DNA of 64,000 nucleotides from Parcubacteria group bacterium ADurb.Bin247 (GCA_002069755.1 MWBX01000009.1:14514-78513); one strand, 5' to 3'; positions 9,824-19,494 are shown, numbered from the stretch's first letter. Numbers and translations are program-made. The notes: generated from the letters alone by a model not told the origin.

Positions 9824-9964
9824 ATGTCTTTAAAAATTATATTGGGAATAGTAGTATTACTTGCCTGTATCATTTATGAAATGATAAAACTGGCAGCAAT
9901 ATTAATATTGCTGCTGGTTCTGGCAACAGCATGGAAATGGAAATGGAAACCAACAAAAACCTAA
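9824..9964 (+). CDS. small hydrophobic membrane protein (46 aa)
   Basis: GGGGGAG SD at 9811-9817 about 7 nt upstream of the internal ATG. Single TM helix. Confidence 0.35.
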   Translation: MSLKIILGIVVLLACIIYEMIKLAAILILLLVLATAWKWKWKPTKT

Positions 9965-9993
9965 TTTATTTAGGTTTTTAAATTTGACTTTTT
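9955..9993 (+). terminator. intrinsic terminator after the uvrBAC-trx block
   Basis: Perfect 10-bp stem aaaaacctaa / ttaggttttt with loop ttta, ending in T5, followed by a second T6 run. Confidence 0.45.
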
Positions 9994-10011
9994 TCTTATT
10001 TCTACTACAAT
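9982..10011 (+). promoter_or_regulatory. promoter TTGACT-18-TACAAT
   Basis: TTGACT at 9982-9987 and TACAAT at 10006-10011, with an AGGTG SD 4 nt before the ATG at 10021. Confidence 0.4.
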
Positions 10012-10020
10012 AAAGGTGTT

Positions 10021-10230
10021 ATGAAAACAATAAAAAATATCAGTTTGTTTTGTGGTAATGTAGCCATACCAATTAACGAGAGCTCTGCCAGCCATTCTAG
10101 TGGTTTGCCATGGAGTAATAATCCTTACAGATCGCAGACATCTGATCCTTGCTCATGTAGTTTTTGTGGAACTTGCTATGATTGTTTTTTGGAGAGTCCA
10201 ACCTGGAATACTCAGATAGGTTGCTATTAA
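10021..10230 (+). CDS. small Cys-rich protein (69 aa) or structured leader upstream of trpS
   Basis: ORF with its own promoter and SD, ending 1 nt before trpS. C-terminus CSCSFCGTCYDCF. GC noticeably higher than the surrounding sequence. Confidence 0.3.
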   Translation: MKTIKNISLFCGNVAIPINESSASHSSGLPWSNNPYRSQTSDPCSCSFCGTCYDCFLESPTWNTQIGCY

Positions 10231-10231
10231 T

Positions 10232-11236
10232 ATGAATAATAAAGATATAGTTTTAACAGGAGATAGACCAACGGGTAAGTTACACCTAGGTCATTTTGTT
10301 GGATCTATTCAAAATAGGTTAAAGCTTCAAGAAGAGTATAGCACTTGCTATTATATGATTGCTGATGTTCAAGCATTAACCGATAACTATGATAATCCGC
10401 AAAAAGTAAGAGCTAATGTTTTAGAGATGGCTTTGGATAATTTAGCAACTGGGTTATCTCCCAAAAAGACAATATTTTTTATTCAATCTCAAGTTCCAGA
10501 GATTGCTGAGCTAACAGTTATATTTCTAAACTTAGTAACACTGGCTAGATTAAGAAGAAACCCAACTGTTAAAGAAGAGATGAAGCAAAAGGGTTTTGGC
10601 GAAAATGTTCCCGCTGGTTTTTTAATTTATCCTGTAAGTCAAGCAGCAGATATTTTGTTTTGCAATAGTAATATTATTCCGGTTGGAGAAGATCAACTTC
10701 CAGTAATTGAACAAGCCAATGAAATTGTTTCAAAGTTTAATTCAATCTATGGAAAAACATTTAGGCGAATTAATCCAGTTTTATCTAGCGTACCTAGGTT
10801 AATAGGAATAGACGGTAATGCCAAAGCAAGCAAGTCTCTTGGCAATGCAATCTATTTAAGTGATAATTCTAGTGAGATTAAAAGAAAAGTAATGATGATG
10901 TATACTGATCCTGGTCATATTCATGTTAATGATCCAGGTAAGGTTGAGGGTAATGTTGTTTTTACATACTTAGATATTTTTGATAAAGATAAGGTAGTAT
11001 TAAAGAAACTAAAAGAAGATTACAAAAAAGGTGGTTTGGGCGATGTTGTCATTAAAAAAAGATTAATTACTATTTTAGAAGATTTGATCGGGCCAATAAG
11101 GGAAAAGAGAAACGAGTTAGCCAAAAATCCCAAAGAAATAGATAATATTTTAAAAGAGGGGATTAAAAAAGCTAGAATTACAGCCAAAGAAACAATGGAA
11201 AGAGTTAGAAAAGCAATTAAGATAGATTATTTTTAA
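10232..11236 (+). CDS. trpS: tryptophanyl-tRNA synthetase
   Basis: Class I HIGH (GKLHLGHFVG) and KMSKS-like (KASKSLGN) motifs at the correct spacing. 334 aa. Confidence 0.9.
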   Translation: MNNKDIVLTGDRPTGKLHLGHFVGSIQNRLKLQEEYSTCYYMIADVQALTDNYDNPQKVRANVLEMALDNLATGLSPKKTIFFIQSQVPEIAELTVIFLNLVTLARLRRNPTVKEEMKQKGFGENVPAGFLIYPVSQAADILFCNSNIIPVGEDQLPVIEQANEIVSKFNSIYGKTFRRINPVLSSVPRLIGIDGNAKASKSLGNAIYLSDNSSEIKRKVMMMYTDPGHIHVNDPGKVEGNVVFTYLDIFDKDKVVLKKLKEDYKKGGLGDVVIKKRLITILEDLIGPIREKRNELAKNPKEIDNILKEGIKKARITAKETMERVRKAIKIDYF

Positions 11237-11358
11237 AAAACTATTAATTTCATTTGTTGGTATTGCATTACCATAATGTGAAATATTTCTACGTTATCTG
11301 AGGTATTGATTTTCTCTTTATATGTGCTAGTATACTCTTATCTTTATACAATGAAAGA

Positions 11359-12315
11359 ATGAAAAAACTAATTAAAAGTTATTATTTCTGGACAATTTTT
11401 TCAATTATCGTACTGACATCAGCCTTTTTTCTTTTTTACAACTCAAGTGGTGATAAAGTAGCTGTTAGAATTAATGGAATAGATTTTAGCTATACTGAAT
11501 TTCAAAGAGAATTTGATAGTATTGTTAATAGTTATAATAATATGCCAGTTGATAAGGAGAAAGTTAAAAATACAGTAATTGATCGGCTTACAGAAAGGGC
11601 TATTATAACAGAAAAAATAAATGAGTTAGGGATAGAGTCATCTGAGGAAGAGTTTCAAACACAAATGGATCGTAATGTTAAAATGTTTGGATTTGAAACC
11701 GAAGAAGAATTAGTAAATACTCTTTTAGAGGGTGGTGTTTCTAGAAAAGAAATAGAAGATGCAATTGATTACGAGGTAGGGCTTAATAAACTAATTAAGC
11801 ATTATACCAATGGTTTTAATCCAACAGAAGAAGATCTAGAAGAAAAGTATGAATTATACTTATCAAGTATCGGAGAAGGAGAACCTATTGCGTTTGAAGA
11901 TATGAAAGAAGAATTAAGAGATTTAATAATTGAAGATTTTGGTTGGCAAAAAGTATTTGATTTAATAAACGAAAAGAAAAAAACTGTAGTAGTTGAGATT
12001 TTGATTCCAGATGAAGATATTATTTTTGAAGAAGTTGAACTTGAGAAGGTTTCGTCAGAATTTATCAGTTGTCTTAAAGACAAGGGAGTAACGATATATA
12101 CTAGTAGCACTTGCTCAGCCTGTGCTGTTTTGGTTCAGAAATATGGTGGTTATGATGTTTTATCTCCGATAGTAGTAGATTGTAACGAGGAACAAGATAG
12201 GTGTTCTAGAGAAATGTTAGAAGATACTGTTCCATCAGTGGTAATTAATGGTAAATTATTTCAAAAAGAAGGAACTCCAGAGAATCTTGCAAGAGAAACT
12301 GGTTGTAATTTATAG
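11359..12315 (+). CDS. membrane-anchored PrsA/PpiD/SurA-N-like chaperone domain fused to glutaredoxin/thioredoxin-like CxxC domain
   Basis: N-terminal TM helix. SurA_N-like segment (VAVRINGIDFSYTEF...LTERAIITEKINELGIESSEEEF). C-terminal TIYTSSTCSACAVL...VPSVVINGKLF resembles a Grx/NrdH fold. Confidence 0.5.
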   Translation: MKKLIKSYYFWTIFSIIVLTSAFFLFYNSSGDKVAVRINGIDFSYTEFQREFDSIVNSYNNMPVDKEKVKNTVIDRLTERAIITEKINELGIESSEEEFQTQMDRNVKMFGFETEEELVNTLLEGGVSRKEIEDAIDYEVGLNKLIKHYTNGFNPTEEDLEEKYELYLSSIGEGEPIAFEDMKEELRDLIIEDFGWQKVFDLINEKKKTVVVEILIPDEDIIFEEVELEKVSSEFISCLKDKGVTIYTSSTCSACAVLVQKYGGYDVLSPIVVDCNEEQDRCSREMLEDTVPSVVINGKLFQKEGTPENLARETGCNL

Positions 12316-12386
12316 TATTGACATTTTAATCTTAATATAATATACTAAACAATGCTCCTACCGGAGTTTTGTTTTAATTTAAAATT

Positions 12387-13925
12387 ATGAAAAAATCAAT
12401 CATATATATATTAATTATTCTAATTATTGCATTTGCTTTGATAAATATTTCTGAAAAAGAATACAATCCTCTTTTAGAAGAGAATAATTTGCCAGTTGTT
12501 TCTTTGGTTGATGTTTCTTCTCTTACTAATCAATCGGTAGAAATACCAGTAAACGGCAAAATAGAATCTGAAAGAGAAGCGATGTTGTCTGTTGAAGCAG
12601 GTGGGCAAGTTAAAGATATTTTTGTTTCGGTAGGAGATATTGTCTCGGCTGGAGAAGTGTTATTAACTATTGATGATAGCGATCAAAAATTGCGTGTAGA
12701 TCAAGCTAAAGCGGTTCTAGATGCTCAGAATTCAAGATTGAATGAGATGTTAAATGGTAGTCTTGATGATTTATTGGCAATTAAAGAAAGTGTTGTTTCT
12801 AGTGCTGAAATTGCTCTTGAAAGAATTACAGTTCAATCTGAAAACTCCGTTATTGATGCTAAAAAAGCTCTTTTGAATAATGATTTAAGAGCATACTTAT
12901 CTAGGGATATTGCCGATAATAATTATAACACTCAGCCACCAACTATTACTGGTACTTATAGCGGAGAAGAAGGGGAGTATTTGATTACACTTTATGCCTC
13001 AGGCACACAATCGGGGTATTCTTTTAGATATACTGGACCAGAGGGTTCAGGATCTGGTTCTGTTAGTACTAGATCTCCTCAACCATTAGGAGAAAATGGA
13101 CTATATATTCTTTTTCCAGATAATTTTACTAGATTACCTAATGTTGAATGGCTGGTGCCAATACCAAATAATCGTAGTGCAACATATATTACATATTTAA
13201 ATGCTTATCAAAATGCTTTAAGGGAAAAAGATTATAGTATCAGGCAAGCAACAGAGGCCTTAAATCAAGCTAAAAAAGATTTAGAATTAGCTAAAGCTGG
13301 TAGTCGTGAAGAACAAATTGAGGCTCAAAGGGCTCAAGTAAAACAAGCTGAAATTAATCTCTCTTTGGCCAAATCTCAGTTATCTAAATATCAATTAAAA
13401 GCTCCTTTTGATGGCTCAATTTCTTCTATCTCCGTTAAAAAGGGGGAGAGTATTGGAATTGGTCAGGCCCCAATTAAGATTATTAATTCTCAATCACTTA
13501 AACTTACTACTTTTGTTAGTCCTGAGAGATCAAGAACAATATCATCGGGTAATGATGCTATAATTGATGGTATTTATGAGGGTAAGGTTGGTAAGGTTTC
13601 TAATACTATTAATCCTGAAAATGGACAAGTAGAATTAAATATATATTTTAGTGGTGGTGATTTTATGCCAGGTGAATACGTGAGTGCTAAGATATTTGGA
13701 GTAGTCAATGATAATAGGATTTCGGTTCCATTACAATCTATTAAAATTAATAATCTTGGTAGTTTTGTATATACGGTTGTGGATGATTTGGTAGTAGCTA
13801 TTCCAGTAGTTTTGGGAGCTAGTGAAAACGATAAAGTGTTGGTTGTAAGCGGATTAGATGGCGTAGAGAAGATATTATCTAATACTTCAATTGTAGAAGA
13901 AGGGGATAAAGTAATAGTAAAATAG
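12387..13925 (+). CDS. RND efflux periplasmic adaptor (HlyD/AcrA family membrane fusion protein)
   Basis: N-terminal TM helix, lipoyl-like halves, long coiled-coil and beta-barrel C-terminus. Immediately upstream of, and coupled to, the RND pump. Confidence 0.8.
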   Translation: MKKSIIYILIILIIAFALINISEKEYNPLLEENNLPVVSLVDVSSLTNQSVEIPVNGKIESEREAMLSVEAGGQVKDIFVSVGDIVSAGEVLLTIDDSDQKLRVDQAKAVLDAQNSRLNEMLNGSLDDLLAIKESVVSSAEIALERITVQSENSVIDAKKALLNNDLRAYLSRDIADNNYNTQPPTITGTYSGEEGEYLITLYASGTQSGYSFRYTGPEGSGSGSVSTRSPQPLGENGLYILFPDNFTRLPNVEWLVPIPNNRSATYITYLNAYQNALREKDYSIRQATEALNQAKKDLELAKAGSREEQIEAQRAQVKQAEINLSLAKSQLSKYQLKAPFDGSISSISVKKGESIGIGQAPIKIINSQSLKLTTFVSPERSRTISSGNDAIIDGIYEGKVGKVSNTINPENGQVELNIYFSGGDFMPGEYVSAKIFGVVNDNRISVPLQSIKINNLGSFVYTVVDDLVVAIPVVLGASENDKVLVVSGLDGVEKILSNTSIVEEGDKVIVK

Positions 13926-13927
13926 TT

Positions 13928-16900
13928 ATGTCTTTTTTTATTAAAAATTATAGGTTCACTTATTTAATATTAGTCGGAATATCAATTTTTGGTATTTTTG
14001 CAATACTTCAGATGCCAAAGGAGTCAGCTCCAGAAGTAGATATTCCTGTTATTGTTGTGAGCACAATTTTGCCCGGAGCTGGTTCGGAGAATGTAGAAGA
14101 GTTAATTACTAAGCCTATTGAAAATCAAATTTCGGGATTATCTGATATTGAATCAATGCAATCAATATCTAGTCAAGGAATATCAACTATTATTATACAA
14201 TTTAGTGCCTCGGTTGATAGCTCAGAAATGATAACCGAGATTAGATCTCGAGTTGCACGTGTTCAAGGTAGTTTTCCATTAAATACTAGAGACCCAGTTA
14301 TACAAAAAATTAGCTTTTCTGATGTTCCAATTATAAAGATATCTTTATCTGGAGATTATAGTTTAGTAGAACTTAAGAAATATGCTAAAGAATTAAAAGA
14401 AGAGATTGAATCAATAAACGGTGTTTCTCAAGTAAACATTATTGGGGCTCCTGATTCTCAAATACAAATAGAAATTGATAATAACAAGCTTTTTAGATAT
14501 GGATTATCAATAGAATATATAATAGGAATTATTGCTCAATCTAATATAGATAGTCCTATTGGGATTATAGAAAGTGGAGGTAACTATGCGGTTCGTTTTG
14601 ATGGTCAATTAAAAACAATTGAAGATATTTTAAATATTCCAATAATTGAAAAATCTAAGGCAATAATTACTGTTGGCGATGTGGCAACTGTCAAAGATGG
14701 TTTTTCTCCAACTGGTAGTATCACTAGGTTCAGTATAGATAAATCAACTCCGGAGCAAGCAGTATCTTTAAATGTTTTTAAAGAAAGCGGAGAAGGTAAT
14801 ATTTTGAAAATATCTGACGCTATTCAAGAATCAATATCGTTACTAGATATTTCTGGATTAAACATTAATATTATACAAAATGATGCTGATTTGATTAGAA
14901 ATGATCTTAATAATTTGGTACAAAGCGGACTTCTTACTATACTAATTATATTAATTATACTGGCATTTTTTCTTGGCTTTAAAGAGGCTTTGCTGGCAAG
15001 TACTGTTGTTCCTTTTTCTTTTTTAATATCATTTATTGTAATAGAGTATTTAGGTCTAACTATTAATTTTCTTACTCTTTTTTCTTTAATTTTATCTTTA
15101 GGAATACTAGTTGATGCATCTATTGTTGTAGTAGAGAGTATTTCTCGTAAAAAAACCGATGGTCAAGAGTTAGAATCTGCTATATATAGCACTATTAGCG
15201 AATTTAAAAATCCGTTAATAACAGGAACTCTAACTACTGTTTTTGCTTTTGCGCCTATGCTTTTAGTTTCTGGTATAATGGGCGAATTTATTAAAAGTAT
15301 TCCTTTAACTGTATCAACTGTCTTAATAGCTTCTTTGTTGGTAAGTTTAGGTATCATTACTACACTAGCGTCTAGGTTTTTAAGACAATGTAGTGTTACC
15401 AAAGATAGAATGGAACAATTAAATTTACGATATAGAAATTTACTTAGCAATATAATAGGGAACAATTTTTTAATGAATAAAATACTAATAGGTGTTTTAA
15501 TATTATTTGTTTTATCAACAACTTTGCCTTTTGTAGGAATTATTGAATCTAAGATGTTTCCTTTATCTGATTCTGAAAATATTACAATTAATGTAGAGTT
15601 GCCCTATGGGACAACCATAGAAAAGACTAACAATTTAGTAGAGGGAATAGAAGAATATTTATTAAAAGATGAAAATGTCTATTCATTTTTATCTACAATT
15701 GGTCAAGGATCTGGTGCTGGTAGTATTAATTTGACTAGTGCTTCTAAATCTCATCAGGCAAATATTTCTGTTAAGTTAAAAAAAGATAGAAATTTTACTA
15801 GTCAAGAGATTACTTTAAAATATATTAATGATTTAAATAATAAATTTCCTGAAGCTGAAATTAAAGTTAATCAACTAGAAGATCTGCCTATATCTGATAG
15901 TTCAATACAAGTTAACATTAAAGGAAAGGATCTTGATCAAATAGAATTAATTGCTCAAGATTTTGCAAAGATTCTTAAATCTATTGAAGGTGTTAGTGAT
16001 GTTGATGACGGGATAGAATCATCGTTGGGAGAGTTTGTTTTAATTCCCAAAAAAGAAAATCTTAGAAGGTATGGCTTAACTGTTTCTGATATTGCTCAAA
16101 GTATTAGAACTTCGGTTGCAGGCAGAACTGTTACTACAATACAAAAGACAGACGAAGAAGTTGAATTAATATTATTCTCTCAAACAGAAGAAGATAGATC
16201 CTTGGTAGATAACGTAGTTCCAATCGATATATCTTTTATTAAGTCATTGCCAATACAAACACAAAAAGGTATTGTGATGGCTGATTACTTTGTTGATATA
16301 GAACTAAAGCCAGGAAGAATATCTATTGAAAGGCAAGATAGAGATCGTGTTATTAGTGTTTCAGGTAATATTTTTCCAGGATATAATGCATCTAATATTA
16401 CCCAAGAATTTATGAATAAAATATCAGAGTTAGACTTGCCTAGTAGTATAAGTATTGATTATGGTGGTGAAATGGATCAAATACAAGAATCTTTCACAGA
16501 GCTTTTTAGGTCTATGCTTTTAGGAGTATTGATTATTTTTGCATTAATGGTTCTTCAGTTTAATTCTTATCGTCAATCAATATTTATTATTATAACAATA
16601 CCACTAGCGTTAATTGGTGTATTTTTTGGATTAGTATTAACTAGCCAGCCATTATCAATACCAGGATTTATTGGTATCGTTGCTTTAGCCGGTATTGTAG
16701 TAAATAATGCTATTATTTTAATAGATACAATGAATACTAGATATAGTGAAAGTAAAGATTTATCAAAATCAATTATTGATGGTGCTGTATCTCGATTCCG
16801 ACCAATACTTTTAACTACACTTACAACAGTATTTGGTCTTGTCCCCTTGGCTTTTGTTAGCCCTATTTGGGCGCCAATAGCTTATTCTATTATATTTGGA

Positions 16901-16969
16901 TTGATGTTTTCAACTATATTAACTCTTTTTATTATCCCAATATTGTATAAGAAATTTATTAATTTTTAA
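13928..16969 (+). CDS. RND family efflux transporter permease (AcrB/HAE1-like)
   Basis: 1013 aa with 12-TM architecture, two large periplasmic loops and conserved AcrB TM4/TM10 regions. Confidence 0.9.
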   Translation: MSFFIKNYRFTYLILVGISIFGIFAILQMPKESAPEVDIPVIVVSTILPGAGSENVEELITKPIENQISGLSDIESMQSISSQGISTIIIQFSASVDSSEMITEIRSRVARVQGSFPLNTRDPVIQKISFSDVPIIKISLSGDYSLVELKKYAKELKEEIESINGVSQVNIIGAPDSQIQIEIDNNKLFRYGLSIEYIIGIIAQSNIDSPIGIIESGGNYAVRFDGQLKTIEDILNIPIIEKSKAIITVGDVATVKDGFSPTGSITRFSIDKSTPEQAVSLNVFKESGEGNILKISDAIQESISLLDISGLNINIIQNDADLIRNDLNNLVQSGLLTILIILIILAFFLGFKEALLASTVVPFSFLISFIVIEYLGLTINFLTLFSLILSLGILVDASIVVVESISRKKTDGQELESAIYSTISEFKNPLITGTLTTVFAFAPMLLVSGIMGEFIKSIPLTVSTVLIASLLVSLGIITTLASRFLRQCSVTKDRMEQLNLRYRNLLSNIIGNNFLMNKILIGVLILFVLSTTLPFVGIIESKMFPLSDSENITINVELPYGTTIEKTNNLVEGIEEYLLKDENVYSFLSTIGQGSGAGSINLTSASKSHQANISVKLKKDRNFTSQEITLKYINDLNNKFPEAEIKVNQLEDLPISDSSIQVNIKGKDLDQIELIAQDFAKILKSIEGVSDVDDGIESSLGEFVLIPKKENLRRYGLTVSDIAQSIRTSVAGRTVTTIQKTDEEVELILFSQTEEDRSLVDNVVPIDISFIKSLPIQTQKGIVMADYFVDIELKPGRISIERQDRDRVISVSGNIFPGYNASNITQEFMNKISELDLPSSISIDYGGEMDQIQESFTELFRSMLLGVLIIFALMVLQFNSYRQSIFIIITIPLALIGVFFGLVLTSQPLSIPGFIGIVALAGIVVNNAIILIDTMNTRYSESKDLSKSIIDGAVSRFRPILLTTLTTVFGLVPLAFVSPIWAPIAYSIIFGLMFSTILTLFIIPILYKKFINF

Positions 16970-17044
16970 CAATTATTTTTTAAAAATTTGCTTTTTTATT
17001 TAAAAAAGATATAATTAGGTTATTATAAAATTAATAATAAAAAT

Positions 17045-17422
17045 ATGGAAATAAAAAGAGATTTAGGTAGTGAATTTAATGGGGAATCTTTTGAGTTAAT
17101 GGATAGTGAAAAAATGTTATTGAGTGAAATAGAAAGATTTAAAGAAAGGGTAGATAGGCATCTTAATCGTTCCGAAGAAGAGATAAACATTAAAGAAAAG
17201 GAGTTAGAAAAAGAAAAACTGGAGCTTCAAAAAAAGAGAGAGGATATAAAAGAAAAAAGATTAAGAATGCTTAATTTATTAGAAAGTTTTGGTCATAATA
17301 CGATAATTAAAGAGTCAATCAAAGAGAAGCCAGATTATAATTATGATATGGTAGGTAGGATGGATCCTTATGGATATAGAGATAATCTTGATAAGTCTCA
17401 AGGTAGTATGGGTATAGAGTAA
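17045..17422 (+). CDS. hypothetical coiled-coil protein
   Basis: 125-aa charged KE-rich ORF. Confidence 0.45.
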   Translation: MEIKRDLGSEFNGESFELMDSEKMLLSEIERFKERVDRHLNRSEEEINIKEKELEKEKLELQKKREDIKEKRLRMLNLLESFGHNTIIKESIKEKPDYNYDMVGRMDPYGYRDNLDKSQGSMGIE

Positions 17423-17423
17423 T

Positions 17424-18002
17424 ATGAAAAAATATATATTGTTAGTTATATTGATATTAATTTCTTTCTTTTTCTATTTTAATCAAAAAGAAGACAAAGA
17501 AATTATTGATTTAGAGTTTAGCGGTGTTGGCTTAGCCAATCCCGCTTTTGTTTATTGCATTGAGCAGGGTGGTACAAGTGAAAAAATTGTTACCGATAAA
17601 GGAGAGAATTCATATTGTGTTTTTAGTGATAATTCAAAATGTTGGGAATGGGACTTCTTTAGAGGTGATTGTGACAAGGGTCAAATGTTTATTGAAATAT
17701 TAAAAGAGTCTGAAATTAACCAATTTGCGGATAGTGATGATTTGGTTTCAGTTCATTATGTTGGTACTCTTTTAGATGGTACTGAATTTGATTCTAGTGT
17801 AAAAAGAGGTGTCCCTTTTGAGTTTAAATTAGGTGCGGGTCAAGTAATACCTGGTTGGGACCAAGGTGTTTTAGGAATGAGAGTTGGTGAAATCAGAAAA
17901 TTAACCCTTGCACCCGAATTAGCTTATGGTAATTATGAAGTTTCTCCATTAATACCAACCAACTCAACTTTAATTTTTGAAATTGAATTATTAGATTTGT
18001 GA
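17424..18002 (+). CDS. FKBP-type peptidyl-prolyl isomerase with N-terminal TM and DUF333-like Cys domain
   Basis: FKBP core VHYVGTLLDGTEFDSS...FKLGAGQVIPGWDQGVLGMRVGE. Upstream Cys pattern C..C..C..C. Confidence 0.8.
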   Translation: MKKYILLVILILISFFFYFNQKEDKEIIDLEFSGVGLANPAFVYCIEQGGTSEKIVTDKGENSYCVFSDNSKCWEWDFFRGDCDKGQMFIEILKESEINQFADSDDLVSVHYVGTLLDGTEFDSSVKRGVPFEFKLGAGQVIPGWDQGVLGMRVGEIRKLTLAPELAYGNYEVSPLIPTNSTLIFEIELLDL

Positions 18003-18012
18003 AAAGATTAGC

Positions 18013-18089
18013 AGACAAAATTTACCGTTTGTATTTCAGCATTGGGAAAGAGGAAATGGGATAGCTGAAATATTGTAATTATTTTGTCT
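18013..18089 (+). ncRNA. long imperfect hairpin (candidate structured RNA or UTR element)
   Basis: Outer stem agacaaaat / attttgtct (9 bp), inner stem atttcagc / gctgaaat (8 bp) and a purine-rich loop GGGAAAGAGGAAATGGG. Sits in an unusually long (290 nt) intergenic region. Confidence 0.25.
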
Positions 18090-18245
18090 CAGGGGCGCTG
18101 GTTAAGGATGGTTTAATAGAAGAAAGCATAGAGCTTATTGGTGCTGGTGCTTTTTTATTGCAGCTCTATCATTTTTAATTATTTGTTGACAAGTGAATAG
18201 ATTCGTGTTAGCATTAAGCTATTAAATAAAAGACTCGAACCTTTT

Positions 18246-18300
18246 TTGTGTCATCTTAAGGACCCATTTCAGGAAATCGGGCCATTAAGTTATGACACAA
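18246..18300 (+). promoter_or_regulatory. 5'-UTR stem-loop sequestering the helicase start codon
   Basis: ttgtgtcat (18246-18254) pairs with atgacacaa (18292-18300), which contains the ATG. Inner pairs cttaa/ttaag, gaccc/gggcc and atttc/gaaat. No SD sequence. Confidence 0.35.
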
Positions 18301-19494
18301 GCAAAAATGTTTGATAGTCTTGGAGTTGATTTAAAAATATTGAGAATCTTAAAAGAAAAAGGGTTTATCAATCCAACTCCAATACAATCTCAATGTATAC
18401 CAGAAGCAATAAAAGGCAATGATATTGTCGGAATTGCTCAAACAGGAACCGGAAAAACTCTAGCTTATTCGGTGCCAATGTTACAAAGATTGACCTCTGC
18501 TCGGGGTCAAGCTCTAGTTTTAGTTCCTACTAGAGAATTGGCGATTCAGGTAGAAGAAATGATATTTAAAATTAGCAAGGGCTTAAATATTAAGACATCT
18601 ACTATTATTGGAGGCGAGCCCTATCATCAACAAATCAGATCTCTTAGAAGTAGCCCTGATATTATTATAGCTACTCCCGGAAGACTTATTGATCATTTAA
18701 AGAAAAAAGTTTTTAGATTAGACAAGATTAATATGGTTGTTTTAGATGAAGCAGATCGAATGTTTGATATTGGTTTTTTGCCTGAGATTAAAGAAATACT
18801 ATCTTTAACACCTAAAGAAAAACAAGTATTATTATTTTCGGCGACTATGCCCAACGCTATTACAGATATTGCTTATGCTTATATGAAAATACCAGTTAGA
18901 ATTGAAGTAGCACCACAAGGAACTGTTGCTGAAAATATTATTCAAGAGCTTTTTATAGTAGATAATCGTTCTAAGATATCACTTTTACAGAGTGTCTTAA
19001 AAGAAAACAAAGGAACTGTATTGGTTTTTTCTAGAACTAAAATTGGAGCTAAAAAAATATCTAGAGCAATCGCTGCAATGGATGATAGTGCAATAGAAAT
19101 TCATTCTGATAGGTCTTTATTTCAAAGAAAAGAAGCTATTCGTGGATTCAAATCAGGAAAGTATCGAATTTTGGTTGCTACTGATATTGCTGCTCGAGGA
19201 ATAGATGTTTCTAATATATCTTTAGTAATTAATTATGATTTACCTGAAAATTCTGGAGATTATGTTCATAGAATTGGAAGAACTGGTAGGGCCGGAAGTA
19301 ATGGCTTAGCAATATCTTTTGTTACTCCAAACCAAAGAAGAAATATTAAACAAATAGAAAGGTTGATTAAAAAAAATATATCTATAAAATCTTTGCCAAA
19401 ACTTGATAAAGTTAATCAAAAAGTTTTTGATGCAATGAAAAACGAAAATGAATATAAGGAATATCGCCATTATCGCCCACGTCGATCACGGTAA
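18292..19494 (+). CDS. DEAD-box ATP-dependent RNA helicase
   Basis: Q-motif, AQTGTGKT, DEAD (VLDEAD), SAT and HRIGRTGR motifs, with a basic C-terminal tail. Confidence 0.9.
   Translation: MTQAKMFDSLGVDLKILRILKEKGFINPTPIQSQCIPEAIKGNDIVGIAQTGTGKTLAYSVPMLQRLTSARGQALVLVPTRELAIQVEEMIFKISKGLNIKTSTIIGGEPYHQQIRSLRSSPDIIIATPGRLIDHLKKKVFRLDKINMVVLDEADRMFDIGFLPEIKEILSLTPKEKQVLLFSATMPNAITDIAYAYMKIPVRIEVAPQGTVAENIIQELFIVDNRSKISLLQSVLKENKGTVLVFSRTKIGAKKISRAIAAMDDSAIEIHSDRSLFQRKEAIRGFKSGKYRILVATDIAARGIDVSNISLVINYDLPENSGDYVHRIGRTGRAGSNGLAISFVTPNQRRNIKQIERLIKKNISIKSLPKLDKVNQKVFDAMKNENEYKEYRHYRPRRSR

Noticed and set aside
10060-10231. T-box riboswitch upstream of trpS (and likewise 57037-57196 upstream of tyrS)
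   Set aside because: The conserved T-box sequence (AGGGUGGNACCGCG) and specifier/antiterminator arrangement are not present. Only a partial ACCGCG occurs before tyrS.
18222-18245. GGTTCGAGTC-like T-loop sequence on the minus strand (possible tRNA)
   Set aside because: No acceptor/D/anticodon arms can be built. The segment is part of the A/T-rich hairpin in front of the helicase gene.
19448-19494. 47-nt overlap between DEAD-box helicase and typA as a possible frameshift or fusion
   Set aside because: Both ORFs have canonical termini (basic helicase tail; TypA MNIRNIAIIAHVDHGKT start). Overlapping coupled genes are the norm in this window.
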